From Spirogloea muscicola (lineage: Eukaryota), in the NCBI GenBank assembly GCA_009602725.1, contig WELB01000023.1, positions 501,369 to 562,320 on the forward strand: 60,952 bases of DNA. The letters are read 5' to 3'. The notes below the pieces were generated by a model that saw nothing but the letters and a program-made list of their open reading frames with translations, was not told the DNA's origin and did no database searches. The translations under genes were made by a program, and so were the position numbers. Positions 37,123-52,414 of this stretch are shown piece after piece (positions within the stretch are counted from its first letter, which is position 1; every line of letters begins with the position of its first letter).

Positions 37123-37917
37123 TCAGTTGCCTGGTGTCCGTGGGGATGAGAGCGCAGGACGTGCATCTGGAAGGTTCTCCTGGGGCTTCTCCAGCAGCAC
37201 CTTTCCCTGCTCAAGTAGTGACCGCACCTCCGACAGCCGAGCCGCGCTGCAGCAGAGCAATGGTGTTAAAACCCACGGATATCACTGAGGACCTCCAAGG
37301 ACGTGAAAGCTCGCAGCTTAAGTCCACTCCCCTACAAGCTCTGCTCGTGAGAACTAGCATCCTGGAGCAGTCTGTCAATAGTGCTATTTTGGCATCTACC
37401 GAATTTGTTCAGACTCTAAGGAATCTCAGCTTCATCTCAGAAGAAGTGCATCGACTGCCCCCGCCAGAGTTGCTTCTTCCTACAGGCACATGTGCTCAAT
37501 GTTTGTTCTTGAACTCTGAGGCTTGAGCGAGCACAAGGAGCAGCTTGGGCTCGGTGTTCATGATGAGGCAACGCGTACGACCTTCCTAAGCAGGTTTGCA
37601 ATCAGTGCTCAGTGTAAGTACAGCTTGAGGCTAACAACGGGGCACACCTTGTTAAAGCCGCCTCTAAGTGGTGGTCCAGCACCGCGATGATGCCGGGCAT
37701 CTGCTCCAGAAGCTGAACAAGCCCAGGCGCAGCGAAGCAGAGGCGGCCGCGGCATCACCAGCCGCCACTTTTCACAGTGCACTGCGTTGCAGCTGGCACA
37801 GCCGCCTCTCGTCCATGGAGCGCTGCCAGCATCGCTGCGGCGGGTGGGCCTCACCTTGCCCGTCTTCTCGATCGTGTCGGCGCGCGCGGCGAGCTCCCGC
37901 GGCAGCCTCGCGAGCGC
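37123..37917 (-). CDS. TOM2B: Tobamovirus multiplication protein 2B-like (5' exon(s) lost in the gap)
   Basis: Three in-phase exons ALARLPRELAARADTIEKTGK|LLEQMPGIIAVLDHHLEAALTS|AARLSEVRSLLEQG..PGN*. These resemble (from memory) the plant TOM2B core LxKLPKNLLAKA..TGQ.L.QLPQVISSLDAHIE.GL.S..HL.TV.QLL. Confidence 0.75.
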
Positions 37918-38018
37918 CTGCAGCGGCGGCAGCGGCGGCAGCTCAGGGGCGACAACCGCAAGGCGGACCGGCGGGCAACGCCCAGCTGCAAGGCCCCGTA
38001 ACCGCCGCCGCCGCCGCC

Positions 38019-40921
<2,903 letters not shown>

Positions 40922-41345
40922 CTGGGACTCCCCGCAAGCAGTGTGCTCTTACCGCAAGCATTGCTGCGAGGTTTGTCGGCCTTTGATGGAAGCCGCCCGG
41001 CCGGGCAGCTTATTGCTCTTCTTTGTGTGATTACGTGCTGCTGGTCTTATGGCTGGTGGAATGGCTCGCCCGGCTCGGCGGCTGAGCCTGACGCAGTTGG
41101 CGGAGCAGGGGGTTTGCACCGACGTTAAACGGCAGCTGAAGAGCAGAGGGCAGGGGCTGAGATTGGGCTCCCAAGCCCAGAGTATCGATCTACTTACTGC
41201 CGCCCTGCACACGCACAGTATGCAGGAGCTAGTCAGAGCAGCAGACGCTTGATCTGGTGAGAACAAGTGGCTTGGCAAGTTGGGGTCGAGGTGGGGGGCC
41301 GCTCGTGGGTGTTGATGTGGTTGGAGCCCATCACCGCTGGCGGCC

Positions 41346-41406
41346 GCTGTCAACTGACGCTGTCGATTGACGCTGTCGCTGTCAACTGACGCTGTCGACT
41401 GACGCT
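41346..41406. repeat. 13-bp minisatellite GCTGTC(A/G)A(C/T)TGAC, about 4.5 copies
   Basis: Directly visible tandem units. Confidence 0.85.
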
Positions 41407-41699
41407 CTCCATCAACCTTTTATATGGTGGCGGGCATGCCCTGACGGCACAGGCCAAACATGTAACCGGAACTCAACCGCAACAGTAAGCTTCAGACCCT
41501 ACAGCGACCTACGCATAGCTGGCCAGGCCTGCGGGCATAGTCAGTGTCCTCTGCGGCCACGTAGCTTATGTGCTGGTGGGGTTGCTAGCACGCTCCAGCA
41601 TGCAAGCCCGTGCTCGTGCACGCGTCTGCACCTTTCCACTGCTCCTTTCCACCTCTTCTCCTGTCGCTCCACCCAGCTCCCTCTCCTCCTCCTTACCAC

Positions 41700-41810
41700 C
41701 CTCTCTCTCTCTGTCTCTCTCTCTCTCTCTCTCTCCTTTACTTCGTCTTATATTCTGTGCTGGCCAATCACAGCCATAACGCTCTAGTGGAAGATGCAGT
41801 AATCTTCTCC
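41700..41810 (+). repeat. CT microsatellite followed by a degenerate CRE-like terminal motif
   Basis: (CT)n, then TATTCTGTGCTGGCCAATCACAGCC..TGGAAG..TCTTCT. Confidence 0.4.
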
Positions 41811-42347
41811 CTCTCCCAGGAGGAGGAGGTGGGGCCTCCGCGCCGCCCCCCTCCACTCCCCGTGGGGGGGCACCCGACCAAGCCGCACGCGCGCCCCCCC
41901 CGCACCCGACAGACTCTGCCCTGGACGGGGCCCACCAACCTCCCCGTCCTGTCCTACTCGCCGCCCGGCCTTTCGAGGACCCCCCTTCGAGCCGTGCATT
42001 GGGGCACGATCCCGACGGCAGCCCCCCCGCCGCCGCGTCGCGACGCGCGCCCGTTGCGGCGCCAGGGTGCCTCTCTGCCCCCCGCCAGGAGCCCCGCAGT
42101 ACCACCAACGGGCACTCGAGCCCGGGCCCACCCACCCCCACTGTTGGTGGTCCCCTTTCCCCAATGGGACCACTAGTCCTTTTCCTCATTCCCCCACCGT
42201 CTCCTCCCCCCCCCCCCCGCGGCAGCCATCGAGCGCTCGCTCTTTTTTCAAAGCTGATGAGATCGGTCCTCGACTNTAGCCTGCGAAGCTTGCTCAGCCC
42301 AGCCCCCCCCACTCGGTCGCGGGGCGCTGGCGGCGGCGCCTCCCGCC

Positions 42348-45300
42348 ATGGCGCCGCCTCGCCGGCTTCTCGCCCTGCTGCTGCTGTGCGCGCTCGCCGC
42401 CCGGGTCGGCGCCGCCGAGGGCTCGGGCAACGCCGACGGTGAGCAGCCACGCCTGGCGGGGCCTTCCCTCCGCTGGCAAGTCGCAGCGCCAGCCATCATG
42501 CCGGATCATCGTGAACACAGTTGTGCGCCTGCTAGCTTCTGGCGCGCTGCCCGCGCTGACCCGTCGTCCCGTCGCCTGGCGGGCAGTGGACGCCCTCCTC
42601 GCGTTTAAGCGCGCGTATGGGAACCCCGCAAACCTCAGCGGCTGGGACGCGGGAGTCAACCCCTGCGCCGGCGGCGCCTGGTCTCCGGCTGTCGTCTGCA
42701 ATGGCAGCAGAGTGACCTCAGTGTGAGTGATGTGCGACTGCATTCCGTCCCTACCATGAACACCACATGAGTGCTGTGGTTTTCCTCCATACTTCAGTCT
42801 GTTTCGATGTCCTCGAGTTGTCGTTGCACTCCAGAGTCTGCGAGACAGCACAAACAGATAGTATGCAGATGACGGGATTCATATGCATGACTATTCGTCC
42901 TCAGTTTCGGGCGTTTTGACAATCTCTAAGTAGCTTGCACACGCTGTCATTTTGAGCTTCCTTACATACTTGTCAGTCTCCCGAGAATCACAGCTTGTCC
43001 TCCTTATCTGTTGAGGACTCATTGGTTAAGTCAAAGTACATTCCATCGCATTCAGGAATATCTCGAACGCTGGCCTCAGTGGGTCTCTGATGCTCGCCTA
43101 CCTGGCCAATCTCACACAGCTCGAGGTCCTGTGAGTATCAACTGCTGCCTTCAGACTCAGAAGTTCAACGCTGCTGAGCTTTGTGTGGCTACTCTGCATG
43201 CCCAATAACATTCACAAGCAGTGTGTTGCGTATCAATAAGGTCTACATTGTGAATGGAGCACAATAAGACAGGGTCTATGATGCACAAATTGCATAGTTT
43301 TCTAGTGTGAGACTAATCTCATCGTGGATGCAGGGACCTGAGTCACAATGGGCTCTCTGGAAACATCCCAGCCTCGTTGTCCCAGCTCCAAAATCTGCGA
43401 GTACTGTGAGTAACTCTCCCTTCACATGATTAGGCCAAGTCCTGCCCTTTCCTGATTACAATCTGGTGGCTCTGGTCAAAGTGGTGCTTTTGCCTTCTTC
43501 AATCATGACCAGGGTAGACATTGTTTGCTATTCCTGCACCTGCAACAAACATCCCAAGATTACTGCTGACAACATTCATCTGACCAAGAGAGCCGCCTTA
43601 CAGCAACACGGATCTCATTCGCTGGAGTTTGCCCATTTCAGACGACTCGATGACTGTGGTTTCATTGGGCCGCTACCACCGAGTCTTGGCAACCTCACAA
43701 AGCTGGAGGAAGTGTAAGATTTCTTACAGCAGGCAAAAGGCCACTTGGCATGCTTGCATCACTGCAATCTCTCAAAGTATATCAATTTGCTGTGCCATAG
43801 TCACCTGGGCTTGAGAGTCTGCAACCCTTGTCTGCTATCCTACTTGTATGGTGACACACGGGCAGCTCGCAAGCTTGCTGCATCAAGATCTGTCTCATAT
43901 GTCGTATGCACTTGTGCAGCTCCTTCTCCAACAATGGCATCTCTGGCCCCATCCCCAGTAGCTTCAGCAGCCTATTAAATCTCAAAACTTGGTAAGTGCC
44001 CTTCTGCTTATGTGGTGCTGTGTGTGTTTCCAGTGACACTAGCATTTCACAGAAGCAAGTTCTCCTTGGCAGCCTTGTAATGTCCCAGCAAGTCTACTCC
44101 TTACTATTTAAAACGTAATCAGCGTCCCTACCTCTGCTTGACAGGGATTCAAGCATGAACTTTGGCATCACGGGTCCACTTCCATCATTCTTTGGCAACT
44201 TCAGCAGACTCGAGATCCTGTGAGCACTTTGCTTGCTCCAGCAGCTTTGTCACAGCAATGCCCTGGCTTTGCAAGTCAGCATGCACCAAAGTATCTGTGC
44301 ATGTTGCTGTGCACTCCTTGTAGGACGCTTACTGTGACTGATGTACTGTAGAGCCTGAACAAACACAAACGGCTGAAGCCAGTAAGTTCATGACAGTAAA
44401 TTCTGATGTCAACCTTCTCTACCTGTCAGCAATTGCGGACTCTGCAGCTTTGATGGTCCGCTGCCGGATGCGCTTGGCAGCCTCAAGAACCTCGAATACA
44501 TGTGCGTTGCCTGCAGATTGAAGAGCCAAACAGACTATCCTGTGTCCCCTTGCCCAGGGCTGATGCTGCTGCTCCTGCAGCATCACCTCCTTCTGATACG
44601 TGTCATTTGACTGTACTTTGGACTAGTATTGTGTTACCTAGGGGGTCTGACCGCTCTCTGGCAGATGACTGCTACTCCAATCAGCGTCGTCACATACGCC
44701 CGCACTGGTTGCCATTCCAGCTTTGCTTTGCAACCCTTATTCACGGTTGCGACCGTTTTCTTGTCATGCAGAGACTTCTCCTCCAATCAGCAGTTGAACG
44801 GCAGCATCCCCTACAGCTGGGAAGGCCTTACGGCTCTCGAGTACCTGTGAGTGAGAGCACGTTATAATTGTAAAATCAACTGTTGAGTACAAGCAAGCTC
44901 CTCGGAAATACACAGATCCCGGCTGCAACATCTTACCTTACACACAAAAAGCAGGCAGTGGGTGATTGGCACCTCATCGACTTGTCTCACTGACAGTCCT
45001 CGTCGAATCTCCGCCTGGCAGCAATGTGGCATCGAATACCTTGACGTGCCAAGTCCCTCTGGGCCTCTTCGACCTCCCGAAGCTGCAAACGTTGAACTTG
45101 GCCAACAACTTCTTCACGGGCTCATTACCCGAGCTCGCCAAGGGATTGCAAGTTGACGTGTCCATGAATTGCTTGGACAGCGCCGCAAATACCACCATTC
45201 TCAAAGCGCAGCTGCTCGAGAACAGCTGCGAGGATGAGAAGAGTTACCTGCTGGGAGTCGGCTTCACCTGCCCGGCTGGCCCAACACCACCTGCCTCACC

Positions 45301-45627
45301 CGCCGCCCCAGGTTCGCAGCGGAACAGATTAATAGCCCCACATATTTCCTTTACTGCTCAAACTGTCACCTGAATATAGTCGTTACATGAAGCTGTGGGT
45401 GCATGTAAAGCCAGCATGGTCTGACTCACAGTTTTGACGTGCTTGTGCCAGCGGCAGCGCCCAGCGAGAGCCCCACCGCCAGCCCCTCGCCAGTACTTCT
45501 CACCAGCACCCCAGCCCCCCCTCCCACCCTGCTCCTCAAGACTAATAGTGCGTCCTGGACCTGCAGAGCATCACTGGTCTCCATGCTCGCTGTTGCAGTG
45601 GGTTTGGTGCTCTGTTGGGGCCAATGA
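42348..45627 (+). CDS. Secreted plant-type LRR protein (signal peptide, LRRNT_2, about 9 LRRs, Pro/Ser/Thr stalk, hydrophobic C-terminus; no kinase)
   Basis: MAPPRRLLALLLLCALAA; ALLAFK..LSGW...NPC..W..VVC; LxxNxLSGxIPxSLxxLxxL-type repeats, mostly one per 72-75-nt exon; ends LVSMLAVAVGLVLCWGQ*. Confidence 0.88.
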
Positions 45628-46797
45628 CACTCATGCAACGAGCGCAGCTCCCTGGCATCCTCACTCCAGTGTACCATACTTTCGCTCCCACGTGCTTGCG
45701 CTTTGCCAGGCACTTTCTTAGCTACACCTCCGGGTCCCGCAGGCTGGAAAGGCCAGGCGTGCTCTAGCATTCATGAGGCATCCACGCGCTGTGCCCACAG
45801 CGCTAGGAGGCCAAGGCTACACCACTGCCCATCCCCACTATTCTTTCATTCAATTATAAGAGAAGCTTCACAGCAGAGCGGATGACTAGCCAGAGCATGA
45901 GTTTGTGCGATGTCACGTACACATGTGATGCAGCTGTACGCAAAGCAGGCCAGGTGCACAGCAGGATATTGCAGGGCAGCATGCGGTAGCCTGTGCTACT
46001 CTGCCTGGATCTGGCCAAAGGCGTCCTGCTTCAGCCAGTTGGTGGCACACAGATGTCTGCATGAGCTTCGCCTTCAATACTCTTCATGGCTGAACCATGC
46101 TTGGTCAGGTATTATCTCAGCAGGAGCTGCTGTGGGCGCATGTCCGCAGGCCCTTATGTCGCCGCCTGAACCCCTGCATGCTGCAACTACTGCAGCACAA
46201 GGAGACTTGGTGCATATGTAGGTACACAGCTGGGTAGGGTCGCTCTCGGTCTCCTGAGTGAGAATCCACTGCAGTAACCACTGCGGATCAATCTGAAGTG
46301 GCCTGGGGGCAGCTGCAGTCCTAAGCGAGAAAGCGGTCTTCCACAGCCGCAACCTAAGCTGACTTGAGCTCCACATTAACGAGTTGGAAGTCAGATGGAA
46401 ATGTTGCCAGTAGTCACATTAAATTTGTGCTTCAGAGAGATAAATTCAAGATTTGTCTTAGTTTTTTCATTTCTGTTGAAGGTGCACCAATCCAGTATCG
46501 ATGAGAGACACATCCATCACAGGGTGGAAGCTGCGTCATTTAAGCTGCAGATATGGTGCCTGCTGCAAGCTTCATCCTCACTGAGCACCAGGGCGCAACT
46601 TGACAGCAGGTTGTCTGACAGCCGCCCGCCCCCCCTTCCGCACATACGTGCTGACCCGCACTTCTAATCGGGTCGGCACAGCAGACGGCCTATAATGTAG
46701 ATGGTCTTCCTTTCCGTGTTCGGCCAATCTGGCCCTCTGTCATTTAATGCATGCTGCCACTTCTCCCATACACAGCAGCCGTAGAAGACCACCTTAC

Positions 46798-49743
46798 TCA
46801 GCTAATGTAGTGGAAGACATCCACTTGGAGGTCGGCGGGGCAGATGAAGGTGTCACACGGAGTCCGGGTCTGCCAGGTGTCTCGCAGCCTGCAATCCGGG
46901 CAGCGAAGGCAATGGGTCAGCGCAGCCAGGGCTGCCAACACTAGGACAACACAGACAAACAGAGCTGACAAATCTCAGATGAGGGCGCTTTGGAGGCACC
47001 AGAAGGCTATGAGGTTAACTGGGACTCAAGCCAGTGAATTTCACACTGTGGATCTAACCTACTAATACAAGCCCAAGTCAAGGCGCCACAACAGTGTGTA
47101 GCGCACCTGAATATATCACGGCTAAAGGCTGAGGCCAGGGACCCAAAGAAGTTGGCGGCGAGCGAGCAAATGGCCTTGTCCAGGAGGTGGCGTGCATCGT
47201 CGCGGTTGGCCGGCACAGGCAGCTCGCGCAGCCGGGCCGCCCACTCCTGCCCGCTGATCTCCCTTGGCAACCTGTACACAGCCATGCTGAGCTCTTGCTG
47301 CAGCACAAGAGTCAGAAGGAGAGCGGATCAGATACTTGTTTGGCGCAGCGCAGCCTCTGTTCAGAAGGTGGGAAAGCACTTTCAGAATGCCGCTCCTTCA
47401 CTGGCAACAGATTCCAGATGCAGAGAGATGAGATGCAATGAGATGATTCATATGATTCATTGAGATGGTTTTAGCTGGCCCTTTGGACGACAAGGAAATT
47501 TGTAAAACCAAGCCCCAGACGAGCAACAGCCGTACCTGCTGCCGCAGGATGTTCTGGAGAGCCTCCACCTCGTCATCGTCCGCATCTGTCGCCAGGAAGA
47601 GCGAGGGAGGGGGCCCACCAGGCAAGTGCCGCAGGCGGTCGCCCAGGCACTCGCCCACCTGGCTCAGTGGCTGGAAGCAGGGCGAAGTCCGATTGACGTT
47701 GCTCCGCAGGCAGTGCCTGAGGAAGTTGCCCCGCCGGAGGTGCACGGCAGCAAAACGCGTCCCCAGGAAGGCATTGGCGAAGCTGACCGCCGCTTCCTGC
47801 CATCAGGCAAGGTGCTCCGAAGATTGATATATGTGCTTCATCGGGCTAGATGTTGGCGTACAAAGTGATGTGCTGCACTGCATGTTGCACCCTGTCTGAT
47901 CAAGGCTCAGATTACGGTCCTCAGAGGTGAAGCTTTGCAAGGAAAGCCGAGCAGGTCACGTTGTGGTTCATAACCCAAGCGCCAGCGCACCTGGATTGCC
48001 CTGCTTGGCTGCAGAATGCCAAAGCAGCCGGGGCGCATGATAATCGGCGCGCCACCCTCAAAGCGGAGCTCCTTGCCGCTGACGCCGTACATGTTGCCGA
48101 ACGCGAGCACGCGGTCGGCACAGGCAAAGAGCCGTGCGAACTGCGCGGCGCTGTACTTGGCCCAGGCGTGTGGGAAGACAGTGGCGGGCACCTCGGCCTT
48201 TGGGAACACAGCGCCCAGTCGCTCCCGGTACTTGGCCGCCACCTGGGAGCACACCTCCTCTGTCTAGTGCAGGGGGGCGGCGTACTGGGTGAGGCAGGGA
48301 GCTCAGGGAGCGCATCGGTGACCAACCAAGGGGCTCACTAGCTGCATCCTGGGATCTGAGATTCTGACTCTACTATTTCTGGGGATTCACAAACTACTCC
48401 AGCTTGGCACAGCAAGCCAAGTAAACCTTGCCGGAGACAGCCAAGGGCATTACCTGGGAGGTGTGAAGGTGGCAGACAAAGCGGTTGACACGGAGGCCGC
48501 GTGACCGACCGCGGCCCTCGCGTACAAGTTCGTCGTACGCCACCACGCGGCCCGGGCCAAGGCAGTCGCTCAACTGCTCCAGGTCTGCAGCGGACAACCT
48601 CGGGCAGTGGCGCAGTTGGCAAGGGGCTGTGGCCTCGGCCAATGCCCAGAGTGGGAGGTGACATGCTTGGCGACTGCGTCATCAGCAGCTCTTTGAGCAC
48701 AGCCGCCGCGGCGGAATGGGTATCTTGGAAGGCGTGCGAGCGCAGATGCACCGAGAAGCGTGTCGTAGTCGTAGTCAAGGGAGCGCGTGGGCAGGACGAG
48801 CGTGCGGTTGAGCAGGGCGGCATCCAGCATGTTCTGGCGCAGGCACACCAGCCGGTGGCTCAGCAGGCCCTCCGAGCACATGGCCAGCAGAAACCTGAGG
48901 AGGGGAGGGCAGCGATGATCAGCAAGCGGCTGTGAGGGAGGGAGGAGGGCGGTAAGGACTGTAATTTTGACATAGCCCGATGCCCGCTGCCCACCGGTAC
49001 CTGTCTGGCTCGGGGTTCCACTCCACAGTCCCGCGCAGCCACGCTGCCGCCGGCTGGTCGCATGCCCGCCTCTGGGGGCCTGCCGCAGTGCATCACCAGA
49101 GGCTAGGCTTCAGACGCGCGTGCGCTGCCCCTCCGAGCGGCGCAGAAGTTGACGCTCGTGCGAGCATTGCCATGTCGGAGGCAAGAGAGAGCGAACGTCG
49201 GTGACCTCGCCAGCGGCGGCCAACCACCTCCGGTCGGCCGTCGGCCTCGGCTTCTCTGTCGCCGTTCTTGGCCCCACTGGCCTCCTGACGGGCCAGCCGC
49301 CGCGGCACTGCGCCGCTGCCTCCATCCGCGACGGTGCGGGTGATGTTCTCCACCAATGCGGCTGCCGTCTCGGCGAGGTGCACCTCCTGCAGGCCGCCGC
49401 CGCCCACTGACCGCCGCTTCAGCGCCGTCAAATCGTGGGACGGTATAGCAAGCTGGCCGACAATCAGAAGAGAAGGTGAGAGTCTGCAAACCTGGAGCTT
49501 CGTGGCGATCGCGAGCTGCAATGAGAGGCGTTCCTCGATGGCACCGAGAGCAGCGAGCGCAGCCATGGGCGGCTGCCGGGTGGCAGACAGCAGCTGCCCA
49601 CCAAACAGCGCCAGCTGCAGCAGCAGCAGCGCCACAAATGGGCAGATGGCGGCGCCGGCGCTGGCGGCACGGGCGGCGCCGCCCGGCTGGGCGCCGCCCT
49701 GCGCCGCCGCGCTGTTGCTGCGCATCAGCGGCTGCGACCTCAT
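46798..49743 (-). CDS. O-fucosyltransferase family protein (plant POFUT2/GT68-like)
   Basis: N-terminal TM; FLLAMCSEGLLSHRLVCL..AALLNRTLVLP; FAAVHLRRGNF; FLATDA; LLDKAICSLAANFFGSLASAFSRDIFR|LR. Confidence 0.85.
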
Positions 49744-50184
49744 AGCCACGGTGCCACCGGCAGACGGGCAGGCTCCACCTTCTGCCCTCCTTATCAGCGT
49801 CACTGGCCCTCTGGCAATGCAGATAGGAGTCGCAGAGGAGCACTGGGTGACGTGCTGTCAGCGAGAGCGATAACCGACATTGCGAGCCCACCGCAAAACC
49901 CAAGTGGGCTGCATTCGAGAAGTCGGCTGTGGCGGACACCGTCTCGGCGGCTGGGACTTGGCTGATGGGCGGCGATGGGTGCGCTGCATAGGCGGCTGGG
50001 AGAGTGGTTGCAGGCGGCGGAGTGAGCCTCTCCGCCTGGACGACCTGGAGGGGAGGAGAGGTAGGCGACGGAGGGGACAGACGAGGGAGGCAAGTGGCTT
50101 CTCGACTCCAGGTTGTGTGGGATCGAAGGGGGGGGGGGGGGGGGGGGGAGGNGGGAGGGTGGAGAGGCAGGTGAAATGGACAGG

Positions 50185-52270
50185 GAGAAGCGCGCTTCTG
50201 ATTTACGGCAATGGCTGTGAAAGGCCAGGGATGGAGAAACATTTTGTGAACATTTCGTTTTTGAAACAAACGAAGGCCAAATTCAGACAGAAGACAGAAG
50301 TGCTCGCCCATAGAGACGAAGAAGAAGTGCTCGCCCAACGACGAAGAAGTGCTCGCCCATAGAGACGACAAAGAAGAAGGCTCGCCCATAGAGAAAGAGG
50401 AGCTGGCAAAGCCAGCCCAAAAAGAATGGACAATGTCCAAAGCCGAAGAAGGAGATGCCGAGGAAGGACTCCTCTACTCTACCAATCACGACAACATACT
50501 AGGGAAGCTCAGTACCCGCGAGTGAGCAACATCAGGTCCGAGTAGAAGTGGCACTCCCAATGGGGGCAAGGGCTGCGAAAAGCCAGCCCAAAAAGAATTC
50601 ACAAAGGTTCAGAGGGGCCTAAGAGCGGTGAGCAGCTACAAAGGGGCCTGAGGATGCAATGGTAAAGTAGCTCGAGGCAGGGAAGGAGGCACTCCGCCGA
50701 GACCCGGAGGCACGCCTACCGCATGCCCTGCAAACGACGCCGACCTGGTGGGGTTGCCGGAGTCGTAGCTGTCCGTTGTCACCACATCAGCGATGATGCG
50801 GGGACCGCCGCCGGGCGGGATAGCGACCAGGTCGGCGCGTCGGGTGTGCAAAGGGCTGGCAAATTGGGCATGGAGAAGAAGGAGCACTTCCGAAGGCCTC
50901 GCTTGCTTGTTATGGAGTGGTTATTGAGTACTGGAGGGCCTGCGTGGCCTGTGTGGCCTCTCCTCTCCTGAGGACGACGGCAAGCACACTAAATGATGTG
51001 CATCACCTGCTGCTAAGCTGACCCGCTCAGTAACCACGAGTCAGCACGTAGAGGTCGCTAAACTGATGCCCGAATACCGGTTGCCATCAGCTACTCTCGA
51101 CCAGCTTTCTGAGACGCAAAGCATGAGCCTGAGCCTCGCTGTAAACAAGCTGACACACGACGTCACAAGAAGACAGATTGGCTGCCGGCCTGCCCATCTC
51201 GGCTGGAAATGTATTCTCACGTCGTTCGTATCCTAGACATGTTATGTACTCAGAAAGGTATGAAAGTGAGGACCCATGCAAGTGAAAGGTGTCAATAGCG
51301 GCTGCTAGGAGGTGATCGGTGCGGGGGTAGTCAGAGTAGTGCTGCAGCTTCTCTGCTTTGCACTTCCCACTGCGTGGCCTGCACTGCGCGTCGATGCTGA
51401 CCTCTTCTATGCCTCCGTCACAACCACATCGGCCAAGGCTCGCTTTGCCAAGTTGTACACCCACAGTGTCTAGGGTGCGACGGTGATGGCGTCCCTGAGC
51501 GTTTGTGGTGATGGGCATGATCTTGTTCACCTCCACGATAGCGCAGTAGCCGGTGTTAGGCATAAAGTCCGCCAGGACATCCCGTAATAGATTGTGAAAC
51601 GCCCAAGGGCTTCACGAAGGGGTACGCGAAGGGGGCGAGGGCTGTGAAAGAGAGAAGGCATGCAATGTGGATGTTTCGAAAGGGAGGCCAAACCAAGCCA
51701 GTACACTGTTCGTAAGAACAAAGCCTAATCAAGAGAAGACGCTTACTCTGATATGGTATGAGGGAACAAAACGAGAAGCTCAACTGAAGGGGACTCTAGT
51801 ACCCACGAGAAAGAAAAAAGACTAGAAAGGTAGCAAGTGTTTGCAGAAGAAAAGGCTGTGAATGGCCAGCCCAGAAAGAATGACTAGGTCCAAAGCCGCT
51901 GCAAGGCGCCAGAACCACACAGGTGAGGAAGAGGAAGAAGAAAGGGGGAGAGAGAAAAAAGCCACAGCCATCTTTCCAAAGCTACAGCCACTGCCACTGC
52001 CACTGCCTCTCAGCCTCACAGCCTCACAGACTGACAGCCATCGCCTTATTCTGGAGAAGCTGCTTCCGGAAGAGCAGCTTCTCATGAGAGGAGAGAGAGA
52101 AGGCGCGCGGGGCGCATGAATTGAAAGGGAGGCCAATTCAAGCCAATACATTGTTCAGGCAGAGTCGAGTGCAGACTAAACAATGCTACATAATACGGAG
52201 ACCTAATCTAAGGTACCTAAGATGACATTAGTACCCACGGGTGAGCACAAACAAATCTGACAAGCTAACT
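50185..52270 (-). mobile_element. Nest C: stacked minus-strand CRE-like RLE retrotransposon fragments
   Basis: RLE signatures FHNLLRDVLADF (about 51565-51597), RRADLVAIPPGGGPRIIADVVTTD (about 50770-50845) and KAEKLQHY..AAAIDTF. Four RGY* ends (stops at 50509, 51027, 51796, 52228). Terminal hairpin motifs at about 50215, 50400, 50570, 51635 and 51860. Confidence 0.8.
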
Positions 52271-52414
52271 NGCAAGGCGCGCAAGCCGTCCGCCTGGCGG
52301 AGCTCGGCCAGCACCTGCGCGGCCTCCGGGGTGCTGTCCACGGCGAGGGCGGAGGCAGCGTCCTCCTCATCATCGCCATGGGCTCCGCCGTAACTGGGCC
52401 CCTCCTCTGGCGAC

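Noticed and set aside
42240..42292. CTGATGAG as a hammerhead ribozyme core
   Set aside because: No correctly placed GAAA or stem III, and the region is broken by an N join.
50297..50393. Repeat-spacer pattern as a CRISPR array
   Set aside because: Eukaryotic context, spacers very short and related to each other, no cas genes; explained by the element terminus.
49103..50440. 445-aa minus ORF
   Set aside because: Spans an N join, repeat termini and an off-frame GC-rich exon; not a real protein.
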